64,000 nucleotides of DNA. Source: Octopus sinensis (Eukaryota). The DNA lies in assembly GCF_006345805.1 (NCBI RefSeq), contig NC_042999.1, positions 28,458,001-28,522,000 of the forward strand, read 5' to 3'. The position numbers were made by a program, and so were the translations under genes. This document shows positions 52,950 through 64,000 of this stretch, in pieces (the stretch's first letter is position 1; each line of letters opens with the position of its first letter). The notes beneath the pieces are model-generated. The model ran no database searches, was not told the DNA's origin, and saw only the letters and a program-made list of their open reading frames with translations.

Positions 52950-54627
52950 TGTTAATTTGAATGGAAGAGATATAATCTCGTATCCTGTCCCGTTTCATAG
53001 CTAACCAGAACGGAAAGCTTGTTCTTACGATTTTTGTAGTAAGAGCAGGTTACTCTAATCGGATAATTAATTTGCTGCAAACATCCGTTGCGCAAAGATT
53101 CACTGAGTCTATGATACTTTTAGGGCTTCCTTCATGGTCATCAGTGCTACCAAGGGGCATTTCATGTTCGGGACAAATCCTATAGCCGTGGTAATTTTAT
53201 CTGCTGCGCTTGCTTGAAATGCATTCAGTGTGACGAATCTCTCTTGTACACGTTCATACCGGTCCAGTATTACGTTGTTCTTGCTCACTCCATATCTCAC
53301 CCCAAAACCTTCGACTTTCATCAGCAGCAGGAAGTAATACTTCGCATGCTAAAACGTCATTAGTTTCTTTATAAAATCGTCTTTTAGTTGATTCTCACAA
53401 TCAGTAGTTTTGTCGGTATTCTTTAATCTGTAGTTCAAACCTAGTTAGTTTAGCTTTCTCGGCAAGCATTCATTGCTTCAGGTTTCCAATCGCAGCATTC
53501 AGTCCTTTTGTATCAACAACATTGTTCTTCAATTTTTCAAATTTACGACCATCCTTCAAGTATTCTTTTCCTTGCTTGTCAAGTATTGACAGTACACTGT
53601 TCAGAGAGTTTATATCTTCTGATATTCTCCTTTTCCACCAAGGTTTATTTCATTTCTTTCCGTTAAGGTTCTTTTCTGATTGATCTCCAGCCTCATCCAT
53701 TCTGCAACAGTCAACAGTCCTACTTGCAGCCATGATGCGATTATTTGTTTGTCAGATCTTCTTTGTTTCTACGTGATTTAATATATTATTGACTTTACTT
53801 GTTTCTTGATTTAGTCTCCATTGAAGTCACACAGAAATTCTATCGCCTCTGCATTTAATAGATCTAAATCCTGTTCATTATCATATGATCTTCACCGTTT
53901 AACTTTTCTCTGATCGCAATCTTTCACCAGTATATTCCTGTGAGCAATTGACCATTTCTTTCATTTTGCCACTTATGTTTCGCATATGCTCAGAATCCAC
54001 AGATATCCTTCTTTTGATATTTTCTAACTCCATACCTAATATTCACCTATGCTTTTATATTTCTCTTGTTTAATCACATAATTTCTCTTCTGTGGTTTCA
54101 AACAGTTCTATCCACCTTCCTTTATTTGTGCATTTGTTGCCTGAATCCTCTGTACGGTGCGCCGTATATTCTCTACTAGAATACTCCGATAATAACGCTC
54201 CGTGATCATCATATTTTCTTGCTTACTCCACTTTTGTCTCGCAGCATGGTTAGCATTGTTCGATTGCGACTGTCTCTACTCTGCTACACAAAGAGACACT
54301 GATGTAGTAAGATACCTTCACAATTAGCTGCAGACCCTTTCACACCGATATCATTAACTGTTTGTTTGACATTTTCATTCGCAAATGAGGTGCATTTTTA
54401 GGTTACCACCAAACAGATTATTTCTCTTGACAACATCTTTGGTAAGATTCCCCACCAAGGCCGGAGAGGCCTTCCTCCCCTGGTTTCGAAATCAGCGAAC
54501 TTTTGCTAGGCTGATTAACCGTCGAAAGCTAACCAGCAGAGCCTATCCGGAGCACTGGTTAAGTGAAGGTTCTAGGCATCCGCGTTCCTACTCCACACTC
54601 CTGCTAGTTGGATTTCATAGTCACAGG
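52950..54627 (-). mobile_element. Dong/R4-type LINE 5' part (5'UTR, N-terminus, start of RT), very decayed, abutting (GAA)n
   Basis: KPWWKRRISEDINSL motif, a decayed NYRPITCLP-like segment and a GC-richer 5'UTR beginning at the microsatellite edge. Confidence 0.6.
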
Positions 54628-55100
54628 ATTCTTCTTCTTCTTCTCTTCTTCTTTTCTTCTTCTTCTTCTTCTTCTTCTTCTTCTCTTCTTCTTCTTCTTC
54701 TCCTTCTTCTTCATCTCCTTCTTCTTCTTTTTCCTCTTCTTCTTCTTCTTCTTCATCTCCTTCTTCTTCTTCTTCTTCTTCTTCTTCTTTTTCTTCTTCT
54801 TCTTCTTCTTCATCTCCTTCTTCTTCTTCTTCTTCTTCTTCTTTCTCTTCTTCATCTCCTCCTCCTCCTTCTTCTTCTTCTTCTTCTTCTTCTTCTAATT
54901 GTTCCCTTCCTCCTCTTCCTCTTCCTTTAATTACTCCTCTCCTTCCTCTTCCTATTATTATTATTATTACTACTATTATTGTTGTTGCTGTTATAAATCT
55001 CATTATTACTATCAGCACTTTTATTATCACTATTACCACTGCTATCACGACCACCCTTATAATTATTATCACTATTACTGTCATTACCACCAACACCACC
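54628..55100. repeat. Compound (CTT)/(CCT)/(ATT)/(CAT) microsatellite
   Basis: Directly visible; source of the poly-E/K/L/F ORFs. Confidence 0.95.
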
Positions 55101-55111
55101 ATGCTATTACT

Positions 55112-55320
55112 GACGAGTTGGCAGAATATTTACCGCGAGGAAAAAATGCCTAGCAGCATTTCTTCCGGCTTTTACGATGTGATTTAAAATGCTGCCGACC
55201 TCGACATTGCCTTACAAACTAACGAGATCGATAAAGTGAGTGCTATGTGAAAACTGGGATCCATGTAATAGAGTTACCCCCTCCTTCCGATGTTGCTGGC
55301 CGTGTGCTAAAATTTGAAAC
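55112..55320 (+). mobile_element. SINE family B, degenerate
   Basis: gacgagttggcagaatatttaccgcg..aaatgcctagcagcattt..ccgacctcgacattgcctt. Confidence 0.65.
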
Positions 55321-55479
55321 CAATTTGAAAAATATTTGTCACAGTGTCTTGTTTGGTTGATTTTTCTCTTTATTGCCTTGTGTACTTGAGTAATTAGCCA
55401 GGGATGGGTATCAGGTCACTGTGATAGGGATTATTTCTTATACATGTAATGGGGAGTGGAACATATTAAAAATACCTTA

Positions 55480-55770
55480 ATTTTTATCACTGCTAGCCAA
55501 CAGGTTTGGGTTTTGCACTCATGATCGCTAGATCCCTGACATGCTGTGTTCTTGAGCAAAACACTCCCTTTCACGTTGCTATGCAATCATTTCGATATCT
55601 GACGTGTGGCTCACTTGTGCGCCTGTACAGGCAATGTTAATTTGATGGATAGAGTGACCTAATGTACAGCACATACAGATGATCAGTACAAACAAATCAT
55701 TTGTACAGGTTGTTCGGTAAGCACTGAACACTCATAGGTCGTCTTCGCCGGGAGAGTCTATCATTAGAGA
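55480..55770 (+). mobile_element. Degenerate SINE (another family)
   Basis: gctgtgttcttgagcaaaacact resembles the widespread SINE GTGTCCTTGAGCAAGACACT block. Confidence 0.45.
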
Positions 55771-56027
55771 GTAAGGGAGGTTGGATAGAAAAAAAATGTG
55801 CTTCTCACTGATCGATTGTTCAAAGATATTGTGGTGGTGGTTAGGTTGCATGGTTTCATTCCCCGCGAGAGAAGATTGGTAAGTATGTTTGTGTGTGTGA
55901 AGAAAAGCAAAACAAGCAACAAAAATATCACTGAGAGTGAAAGAGTGAAAGTGAAAGTGTGTATGCGTGTATGTGTGTATGTGAGGGAGAGGGGGGAAGA
56001 GAGAGCGCAAAACAACAGAATCATCAC

Positions 56028-56029
<2 letters not shown>

Positions 56030-56098
<69 letters not shown>
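56030..56098. repeat. (GA)n microsatellite
   Basis: Perfect run. Confidence 0.97.
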
Positions 56099-56105
<7 letters not shown>

Positions 56106-57305
56106 GCAAGGGTCAGAGGTTACTATATAGGAATGTTAACATTTCGAAAATCAGGACTGTTGCTACGGAGAAGGTCCCTTCCCCCCAAAAACTCAGTTTA
56201 CATGGAGAAGACGAAAGTTGTGTCATATTTTACCATCATAGAGTTTCGGTCAGCATGATAATTCAAAGGTAGCAATTTTGGGATGATAGCGGGAAATGAG
56301 CTTTTAGCGAGTGTTGGAGGTAAACAAGAATGGGTAATATGGGTTGCTGTTTGGTAGGAGGAAAAATCAACAACAAAATATCACTAAGAGAGAGAGGGGA
56401 GCGAGATGGAGAGAGAGAGGAAGGGAAAGGGAGAGAGACAGACAAAGGTGAACATTTGAATGTTTGTGTTTCCTCGATAAAACAGACCTGGTTTTTGAAA
56501 CGTTAACATTACTGTATGGTAACATCTCTCTCTTACCCTCGTTTCCACTCAGGGATAATTTTGCTGATTCTCTCATCATCCCTCCCACTCTCCCAACTTA
56601 TATTTATGTGTTTCATCCAGCTCTTTACATTCAATAAACTTGCATTTCAGCCTTTCATAATACCAGTCATAGACCAGATATCACCATCGATTTAACCCTA
56701 TTTCGTTAAAAATTGCCATCTTATATATATAGAACTTATTTGTATTTTCAATAACAAGTTCCAACAGATTCATGTAAGTTCTTAAGACTACCAGCTCTAG
56801 CTCAATCTTTCTAATGGATGTCGAGGATTGTATTTTCGTAATGTAGAATCGCGATGATGTGCTACATGTTTCCATTAGTTGTGTTGTTGTTGCTGCTGTT
56901 GTTTCAATATATCGTATATTTGCTGTGTGGAATATGTGTAGTATAAAGTGATTTTCTTCTGTTGTGCGTTGTCTGTGTTTCATCTGTTTTGTGTGTGTTT
57001 TTATATAAATGAATAATAGGTGTCATCTGCCTGGAGTCATCCATCTGGAGTACAGTTGTCATCTGTCTGGAGTATACTTATCATGAGCTGTAGGCGATGT
57101 ATGAAATGTATTCTTGTTTTGAGTAAGTGATCATTGTGCTTATTATATATTGTGTTGTGCTGTGGTGTTCGAGTATGCATTGTTTGCGTAGTATTCTTTT
57201 ACTATTAATTATCTATGGTGTAGGCTGGAGAATTGCCTTCTTTATGATGTATTATGGGGCATGGTGAACAATGGTATAATACATATATATATATATATAT
57301 ATATA

Positions 57306-57320
57306 TATTGCTTCGGCAAT

Positions 57321-57360
<40 letters not shown>

Positions 57361-57412
57361 GGCCCCTGCGCAAGGATGACGCGCAAAATTCGTGAAGCGT
57401 TCCATAATTTTT
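57306..57412 (+). ncRNA. U6: Full-length U6 snRNA copy (probably a retrocopy)
   Basis: tattgc-ttcg-gcaata 5' stem, catatactaaaattggaacgat-ACAGAGA-agattagcatggcccctgcgcaaggatgac..gtgaagcgttccataattttt; nearly identical to metazoan U6; preceded by (TA)n with no PSE/TATA promoter visible. Confidence 0.95.
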
Positions 57413-57485
57413 CCGAATGGCGGTGCCCCAGCATGGCCACAGCTCGTGAGCTGAAACTAGATAAGATAAAATAAAAAAAAATAAA
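57413..57485 (+). mobile_element. SINE/LINE-type 3' tail fused to U6
   Basis: ggcggtgccccagcatggccacagctcgtgagctgaaactagataa aligns with the SINE family A 3' end ggcgatgctccagcatggctgcagtcaaatgactgaaacaaataa (~45953-46000); A-rich tail follows. Confidence 0.8.
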
Positions 57486-59542
57486 TGTATATATATATAT
57501 ATATATATGTTGATAATATTTTAATCATATCTAGTGATCCACTTGTTATTAGTACTACTTACAATTCCATATTCGAATTTCTAGTTCTTTAACAGTTTCT
57601 CCGCATCTTCGAGTTAGGGTTTTAGTCACAAACTCTCAAGATGTCTACTGAAGTCCAGTTATTAATGATTCCCTCCTTCATATCCAGGAAAACTGTGAAG
57701 CTTGGTTATGTCCGCTTGGACAGTTGGAAGCCATTCGCCTGCTATTTCAAGCAGGAACAGAGCATGTATTATCCGGATGTGGATTGAAAACACCTCATAA
57801 TATATGTTCCTTTTCTTCCCTTTTGTTCCTGTGAGATGATCGCCATTGACAAACAAATATATTATAATCATTTTATGCGTGTTCAGTTAAAAATAAATGA
57901 AAGACTGAATTTATGAAACGTCACTTATTAGTAGTTAGTTATCCTTTGTCAAATAACAATTTGCTGAGATGATATAATACTTCCCCATAGAATTTAAAAT
58001 TATGATGTTGACAGCATGATCTATGGTTTTAAGGATTGCTTCTAATTGTTTTATACTGTGATAATTATCCGAGCATGATGTTGGAAATTGATACTGCGTT
58101 TTTCACACATCATATTAATCAATACAAAAATATATTTTATGTTTCTGTTTTTATTTTATTAATTTTAATTCTAGCAGTGTATCGCGCAATGTAAAAGAAG
58201 ACTTAATTATCAAATAAAATACTTTAAAGAAATGAAAAAGAAACAAACAGTCGTGTTTTTTTTTTTTTTATTTTCATGTCACACATTCAATTTTTTTTTC
58301 TTCTCTATTATTCTGCTTCACTACACTGTTCGCATTTTAAGAACGAATAATGTCCCACCTCTTCCGCCTCCTCTTCCTCCTCCTCCTCCTTCTCATCCTC
58401 CTCCTCCTCCTCATCATCATCATCTTCATCACCATTGTTATTGTTGTTGTTGGTTTTGTTAGAAGGGGTGGTTGTGGCGTTGTTGCCACTGTTCTTGCTG
58501 TGCAAGATTGGAATGATTCCGTGAAAATTCGGCTTTTATGACGTTGAACAACTTGCAGGAGAATTCATTTTTTTTCTTTACCATTATGTCGACAATACAA
58601 GGGTTTAGAGCATTTGAATGTCCGCCTACATTAGCTTGGAGAGGAAAAAGAAGCTTTGTACTTGGAAATTTATATTTTATATTTATACAAATATTTGTTT
58701 ATTGGTTATTCAAACTTCTCCCTATTATTCTCCTTCTCTTCTCCTTCATCCTCCTTCATCTCTCCTTCATCCTTCTTCCCCTTTCTACTTTTCTTCTTCT
58801 GAGGAAGTGAAGAGTGGCACGACCCACAACTGTGGTAGCACCGATTATTCCGGAATGAATTTCGATTAAGGCATTTAAGTAATAGGACAATATTTAAAAT
58901 ATCAAACAAGCAAAAGGAAAAAAAAAACACTTGAGCTGAAAGAATAATATTTCTCATAAAATTATGGATAAGAGCATTAACAGTAGATTTGCTAGAATTG
59001 CTGACAAGAAAGTTGTGTCCATATAAGCCATCTCCTAAAAGAAAATGTCTGCTAAATTTATCATAAGGGAGTGTGCTTCCTTGCACTGCAGAAACGATGA
59101 TGGTCGAGGAACACATAGAGGCACATACCCGCATCTTCATGTAACGTAGCGAGCAATCGAGAAAAAAAAAACAGTTGGAAGAAAGCAAAGTCGATTTGTT
59201 GCATGATCTGTAGTCATTAGACCAATATATGAACGGGGAAAAGTGGAACTCGACTTTGAAATCGAGGGCGAGGCAAAACAACAATTTTGTGCAGTATACA
59301 ACGTATCTAGATTCATGCAAGTGATGTAGTATACTGGTCGTAAAACTAGGGACATCTGTGGTTATGCTTAGACTACCTTCATTATTATGTTTACAGCAAG
59401 CTATGGATTAATGATTTGTGCAGACATAATACTGAACAATGTGTAATCAGGAAGATTCTCTTGAAGTCCTCAACAGAGACGAAGAAAGGAGAATATTTTG
59501 ACTGGTGGAACATAGCAAAAAGCTTTGTTGCAATACATACCA

Positions 59543-59950
59543 AGGATACTTTCGGTTTGAACGGCAGTTTTTTAAAATAATTTCCACGTAACTAAACACT
59601 TTTAAACTTCGTATACTGGTAGAATGTGTTTATAAAACATCTTTTTCTCTTGGCTTTATTGAGAAAATTCTATAGTTTGTAAGATATTTGTTTTTTTTTA
59701 AATTTCTGCAATTTCAACCAATCAATGACGTCTATTGAGGTAAAAACATTCTGTGCCATATGAATATGTCTCTCGTTTAAGAAAGAGATTGGGTTTATTC
59801 ATATCTGCGAAGAAAAAAGATACCCATCCTCATAACCCTAACCCTAAAAGAGATTGGAATGCAATAGATCGATTCTAGGGTCATAATTATGGGTGACAAC
59901 TTCATATGACACCGCTAGAAAAAAACTGCCGTTGAAACCGAAAAGATCCT
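59543..59950. mobile_element. MITE with ~30-bp terminal inverted repeats
   Basis: aggatactttcggtttgaacggcagtttttt versus aaaaaactgccgttgaaaccgaaaagatcct; internal taaccctaacccta. Confidence 0.85.
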
Positions 59951-60774
59951 ATATCGAAATACGAACGACACGCGAGAACTAGAAAACAGACAGGAAAGCA
60001 GCAGGGACATCAACAACAGCAGCAATGCCAAGTTCCACATATTATTATCACATCTATGAGGATTATATAAATGATTTTCTCGAACTCGCCAACATGCATC
60101 GATGATCAACAATCTAATATATCTCTTTCCCCTGCTATCAACTGGCTCTCTTGCACCGGTGGTTCTGATGATATTAAACTTACAGAGGTGGTTCTGACGC
60201 CGTTAAACTAGCGGAGGTGGTTCAGAAACTGCGCTTTAATTTGTGAGTGGCGATGATAGGAGTTATTCCAGTAGCGGTAAACAAAATGTCCTTGTGTTAT
60301 GCATGAGGTAGGAAATGCCACTCGAGAATTTTCTCATATGAAGAGATGAGTAGAAAAAAATAAAAAAAAGAGTGCAGTAGACAAAAGCAGATGTTGATGC
60401 CTTAAAAGCAAATACGAGACTCATAGATGTTATCCGTATACAAAGAACCAGCAGTCGTAATCATGTATACAACAAGGCTGCAAGTTAATAGAACAGCATC
60501 ACGATCATGGCCATGAGCGACAGGGATCACTGCCTACACTTTCGCTCTACTGCTCCCTCATAAAACCAACCAGTTAAGAATAGTCAAAGGCCTCTAAAAA
60601 ATATACAAAAATTACGATGACTGAAAGAGATAAATCTTGCCTAAATTATATATTGTTGTGACCAAAAGGGGACAGAGATAAGAATCGTTTGTGCTCATTC
60701 ATAAAATAGTGAGTACTCGGACTAAACACTTAGATGCAATTCACATGTCTTTACATTCTTAGTTCAAACACCGC

Positions 60775-61110
60775 CGCAGTCGGCGTTGCCTTTATTCGTT
60801 TCGGGTCAATAAAATAACTAACTGTTGAGCACTGGGGTTCGATGTAATTGCTTAACCTCCGCTACCTTTTGTCTGTCGAAGAAAGCATTGTTATTATTAT
60901 TAGCCGGAGAACTTTCGGAATCGATAGCGTGTCGAACAAAATGCTGAGTGCCACTTCTTAGGGCTCTGTAAGTTTTTAGTTTATACTCCACCGAGGCCAA
61001 CTTAAACTTTTATCCTGATGAAGTCCATAAAATGAGTACCCGCTGAGCACTGGAGTCCAAGTAGTCGACTAACTCCCACTCCTATAACTGCCGGCCTTGT
61101 ACTAAAGTAA
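60775..61110 (+). mobile_element. Two degenerate SINE family B 3' parts
   Basis: cggcgttgcctttattcgtttcgggtcaataaaa..gagcactggggttcgatgtaat; second copy cgaggccaac..taaaatgagtacc..gagcactggagtc..gccggccttgtactaaa. Confidence 0.6.
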
Positions 61111-61869
61111 GAAAGAAGTAGTATTATGCGGCTGTAATATTTCCCGTCAATATTGATTCAGCGCACGAAAAAAACAAACAAACGAAAAAAAAAAAAAAAA
61201 CACAAAAAGGAAAACGTGATCTTCAACTGAAATTGCAATTAGCCGAATATTAATAATGATGATGAATAGATATAGTACCAGTGGGTCATATATTCTCAAA
61301 TATTCGCGTTGGAGGAGATTATATCCATAGGAAAATGTGTCTGATGGTTTTTGTAACTTATTTCAAGGAATGTTAATGAATAGTCTAAAACTTATATATT
61401 TCACATATGAATCAAAGTAAATGTACGCCGAAGCATTCTATATGTCAATTCTCTGCCCTTAGAAAAAATGTTTTCTTTACTATAATGATATTTTGAAACA
61501 GAGATATGCACTGTGGGATATTTGGCATTAATACGATATTAATATGTACAATACAGGGATAGCATTATGAACATTTACTTTCTCAGTTCAAATACCGGTA
61601 AGATTGATTTAGTTATTTTAACATCTTATCATTTTCTTTCTTTTTTTGTTTCACTCATTACACTGTGACCATACCGGGGTACCGCTTAGAATAATTTGAG
61701 TTGAACGAATCAACCCCAGTACTTATTATAGCAGTTCTTTGGTCTAACCGCTAAGTTACGCGGATGTAAATATACACCGACACCGTTTGTGAAGCAGTGG
61801 CTTTGGACAAACATGTACACAAATACACATACACATATACATATATACATGGGGGCTGCCCCCTCGTTA

Positions 61870-62400
61870 TCGAGTATGGCCATTGCACGAAGCCTAATCA
61901 ATGTTGTTATCGTGCAATACCTGTGCAAGAAGATTTTTTTTAAAGTGAGGAAAGGCTGTGCACTGAGCCAATCCCACTCACTAAGCAACAGCAGCCATAA
62001 TCCGAAAAGAAGAACAAGTCAACATCATCGGTGACCACTGAGCCGCAGGTTTTATGTCGGAGTTATCCCAGTTACCTGAGTTACCTTCTCCTAGAAGGAT
62101 GCCCTAACAAGGGCTAGGAGTCCTTCACTCCCAATGGTTTAACCGCGCGATCGGGTATTCAGTCCGAATATTTCTATGTCCACGCCCATGATACAGCCTT
62201 AAGACATTTATTGGATGGCCGTTGACTCTCAAGAGTTCCTCCGCCCTTTGACGGGTTTTGTTTTTCCTCCCGCAGGGTGTCCAATAAACACCCTCCTCAC
62301 GAACCAAGCTTGGTGGGGTTGCCGGTTTAGTCGACGACGACCCGACCATGCAACAGGTTGTACTGGGTTACATGTTACCTGTAGTACTCGAAAGTGACCT
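61870..62400 (-). mobile_element. Probable 5'UTR of an RTE-clade LINE (structured, GC-richer)
   Basis: Minus strand contains gggcatccttctaggagaaggtaactc..aaacctgcgg, resembling the RTE 5'UTR CTAGGAGAAGG-AAACTC..AAACC block; no ORF follows. Confidence 0.45.
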
Positions 62401-62445
62401 AACATAAACATATATACATACATACATACATACATACATACAAAC

Positions 62446-62483
<38 letters not shown>

Positions 62484-62514
62484 GTATATATGTATGTATG
62501 TACAAATACATATG

Positions 62515-62547
<33 letters not shown>

Positions 62548-62624
62548 ACATACATACGTTCAACGCATTTATATATAATACATAATACGCGCACACGCGA
62601 GTATATTATACGTACATACAATCG

Positions 62625-62960
62625 CTGGTGTGGCTGTGTGGTAAAGAATTTGCTTCCTAAAACGTAGTTTCAGGTTTAGTCCCGTTCCGTGACACCTTGG
62701 GTAAGTTTCATCAACTATAGCCTCGGGCCGACTAAAGACCTATGAGTGGATCTGGTAGACGAAATCGAAAGAGGCCCGACATACATATACATATATGTGT
62801 GTGTATGTTTGTGTGCATGTGTGTGTGTCGTTATGTTAGTGTTTTACCCACCCACACGCTTGACAATCAGTAGTGATGTTTTTACACCACTGTAAACTAG
62901 TGGTTCAACAAGAAAGCCCGACAAAATATGTATCATAGAATATGTATAGAACTTACAATA
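62625..62960 (+). mobile_element. SINE family A, degenerate
   Basis: ggtgtggctgtgtggtaaag..caccttgggtaag..tagcctcgggccgactaaag..gaggcccgac..ttgacaatcag. Confidence 0.8.
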
Positions 62961-62990
62961 CTAGGGTGGATGCATCCGGTATATATATAT

Positions 62991-63209
62991 AATATTAATT
63001 AGAGACAAAACCACTATTATGCAAATCAAACAAAGAAAGACTTAATCCAATAAATAAAAAATTTATATGTATTGGATTAAGTTTTTCTTTGTTTGATTTG
63101 CATAATAGTGGTTTTGTCTCTAATTAATATTATATTATATTTTACTATAAAATTGGATTCAATCCTAAATCTGATTTTTCCCTGTAAATTTGGATTTATT
63201 CCCTAATAT

Positions 63210-63215
<6 letters not shown>
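62991..63215 (-). mobile_element. PLE-type terminal fragment with a 62-bp inverted duplication
   Basis: 62991-63052 is the reverse complement of 63070-63131 with 1 mismatch; the remainder matches 36730-36842. Confidence 0.8.
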
Positions 63216-63288
<73 letters not shown>

Positions 63289-63469
63289 GTGTGTGAACGT
63301 ATGTATCTGTCTTTGTGTGCCTGTTTGACTCTGTGTTTGACGCCCATCAACACTTGACAACCGGTGCTAGAGAGAGTTTGTCTCCATAACCTAGAAATTC
63401 GTCAGATGTAATAAAAGAGATGTAATACATACCAAACATACAGTTCTCTGTGTAAGAAACAAGAAATTA

Positions 63470-63760
63470 TGTACATTATTTTTATTATTGACTCTTGACG
63501 GATATTTGTCATTATATTGTTTGTTGTTAACACAACGTTTCGACTGATATACCCCCAAGTTTTCATCAGGTGTCTTCGTGAAATTTCGAACCAGGGTGCA
63601 GATATGAATAGCATATGGGAACCGGTATTAAAAGAGGACAGGAAAAATAGATTTATAAGCCCTAAAATTCACTCCATAATTGCCCACGGGCATATGGTGT
63701 AGTCGTTAAGAGCGCGTTCTACTAATCCCAAGATTCCGAATTCGATCCCAGACAGGAGTG
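63470..63760. mobile_element. PLE: inverted terminal repeat (with hammerhead motif) joined to a 5'-truncated body and tRNA-like module
   Basis: 63470-63598 is the reverse complement of the terminal repeat; 63598-63756 matches 43280-43443. Confidence 0.85.
63529..63574 (-). ncRNA. Minimal type-I hammerhead ribozyme motif
   Basis: GACAC-CTGATGA-A-aacttgggggtatatcagtc-GAAA-CG-TT-GTGTT; core, stem I and GUU site intact, stem II weakened. Confidence 0.65.
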
Positions 63761-64000
63761 TATATCAGTCGAATCGTTGAGTTAATAACATGTAAATAAT
63801 GTAACTGCCAGGCTGTAGAATATAGTAGTATCGATCGTTAACTATAATTCTTCGAGCCCGAAGTCGAATGAGTGGAACCAGCAAAAGATAAGAGAGAAAA
63901 TATAACATGCAAGATTATTTTTCTTACAGGAAGTAGTAGTGACATAGTATGTGTGTAGTGTGTTCAGGTATCTAGTCTAACTTGTTGAGATATATATATT

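Noticed and set aside
54385-55153. Poly-E/K/L/F ORFs up to 181 aa (also 2766-3381, 15462-15782, 34136-34406)
   Set aside because: Trinucleotide microsatellite translations.
57306-57412. U6 as a functional snRNA gene
   Set aside because: Upstream is pure (TA)n with no PSE/TATA promoter visible, and the 3' end is fused to a retroelement tail; a retrocopy is more likely.
58706-59320. 204-aa minus-strand ORF
   Set aside because: C/F/S-rich composition typical of antisense frames, with no motif; the plus strand has a weak RTE-like VLPCTAETMMV segment, and the 3' end lies in low-complexity DNA.
59832-59846. Interstitial telomere
   Set aside because: Only about two TAACCC units, lying inside a MITE.

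Overview
AT-rich, microsatellite-saturated eukaryotic non-coding DNA whose repeat landscape resembles Octopus (judged by recall of repeat families, not by a search). No intact host protein-coding gene was found; only one weak candidate exon (28486-28630). The window is a nest of mostly decayed mobile elements: at least eight R4/Dong-type REL-endonuclease LINE pieces (many beside (TAA)n or (GAA)n tracts), a nearly intact 5'-truncated CR1-type LINE in a (TA)n tract, RTE pieces, several Penelope-like elements (PLEs), mariner/Tc1 remnants, MITEs and many tRNA-derived SINEs. The most notable observations are RNA-level. A PLE family carries a tRNA-like module, a microsatellite and a minimal hammerhead ribozyme in its terminal repeat (4 ribozyme copies, 2 tRNA-like copies). 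A full-length U6 snRNA copy is fused to a SINE/LINE-type 3' tail. There are weaker twister-like and HDV-like folds at LINE 5' ends. An AT-rich duplicated block is next to a possible protein-primed PolB remnant. Most ORFs in the supplied track are microsatellite or antisense artefacts. All family assignments come from manual translation and motif recognition.
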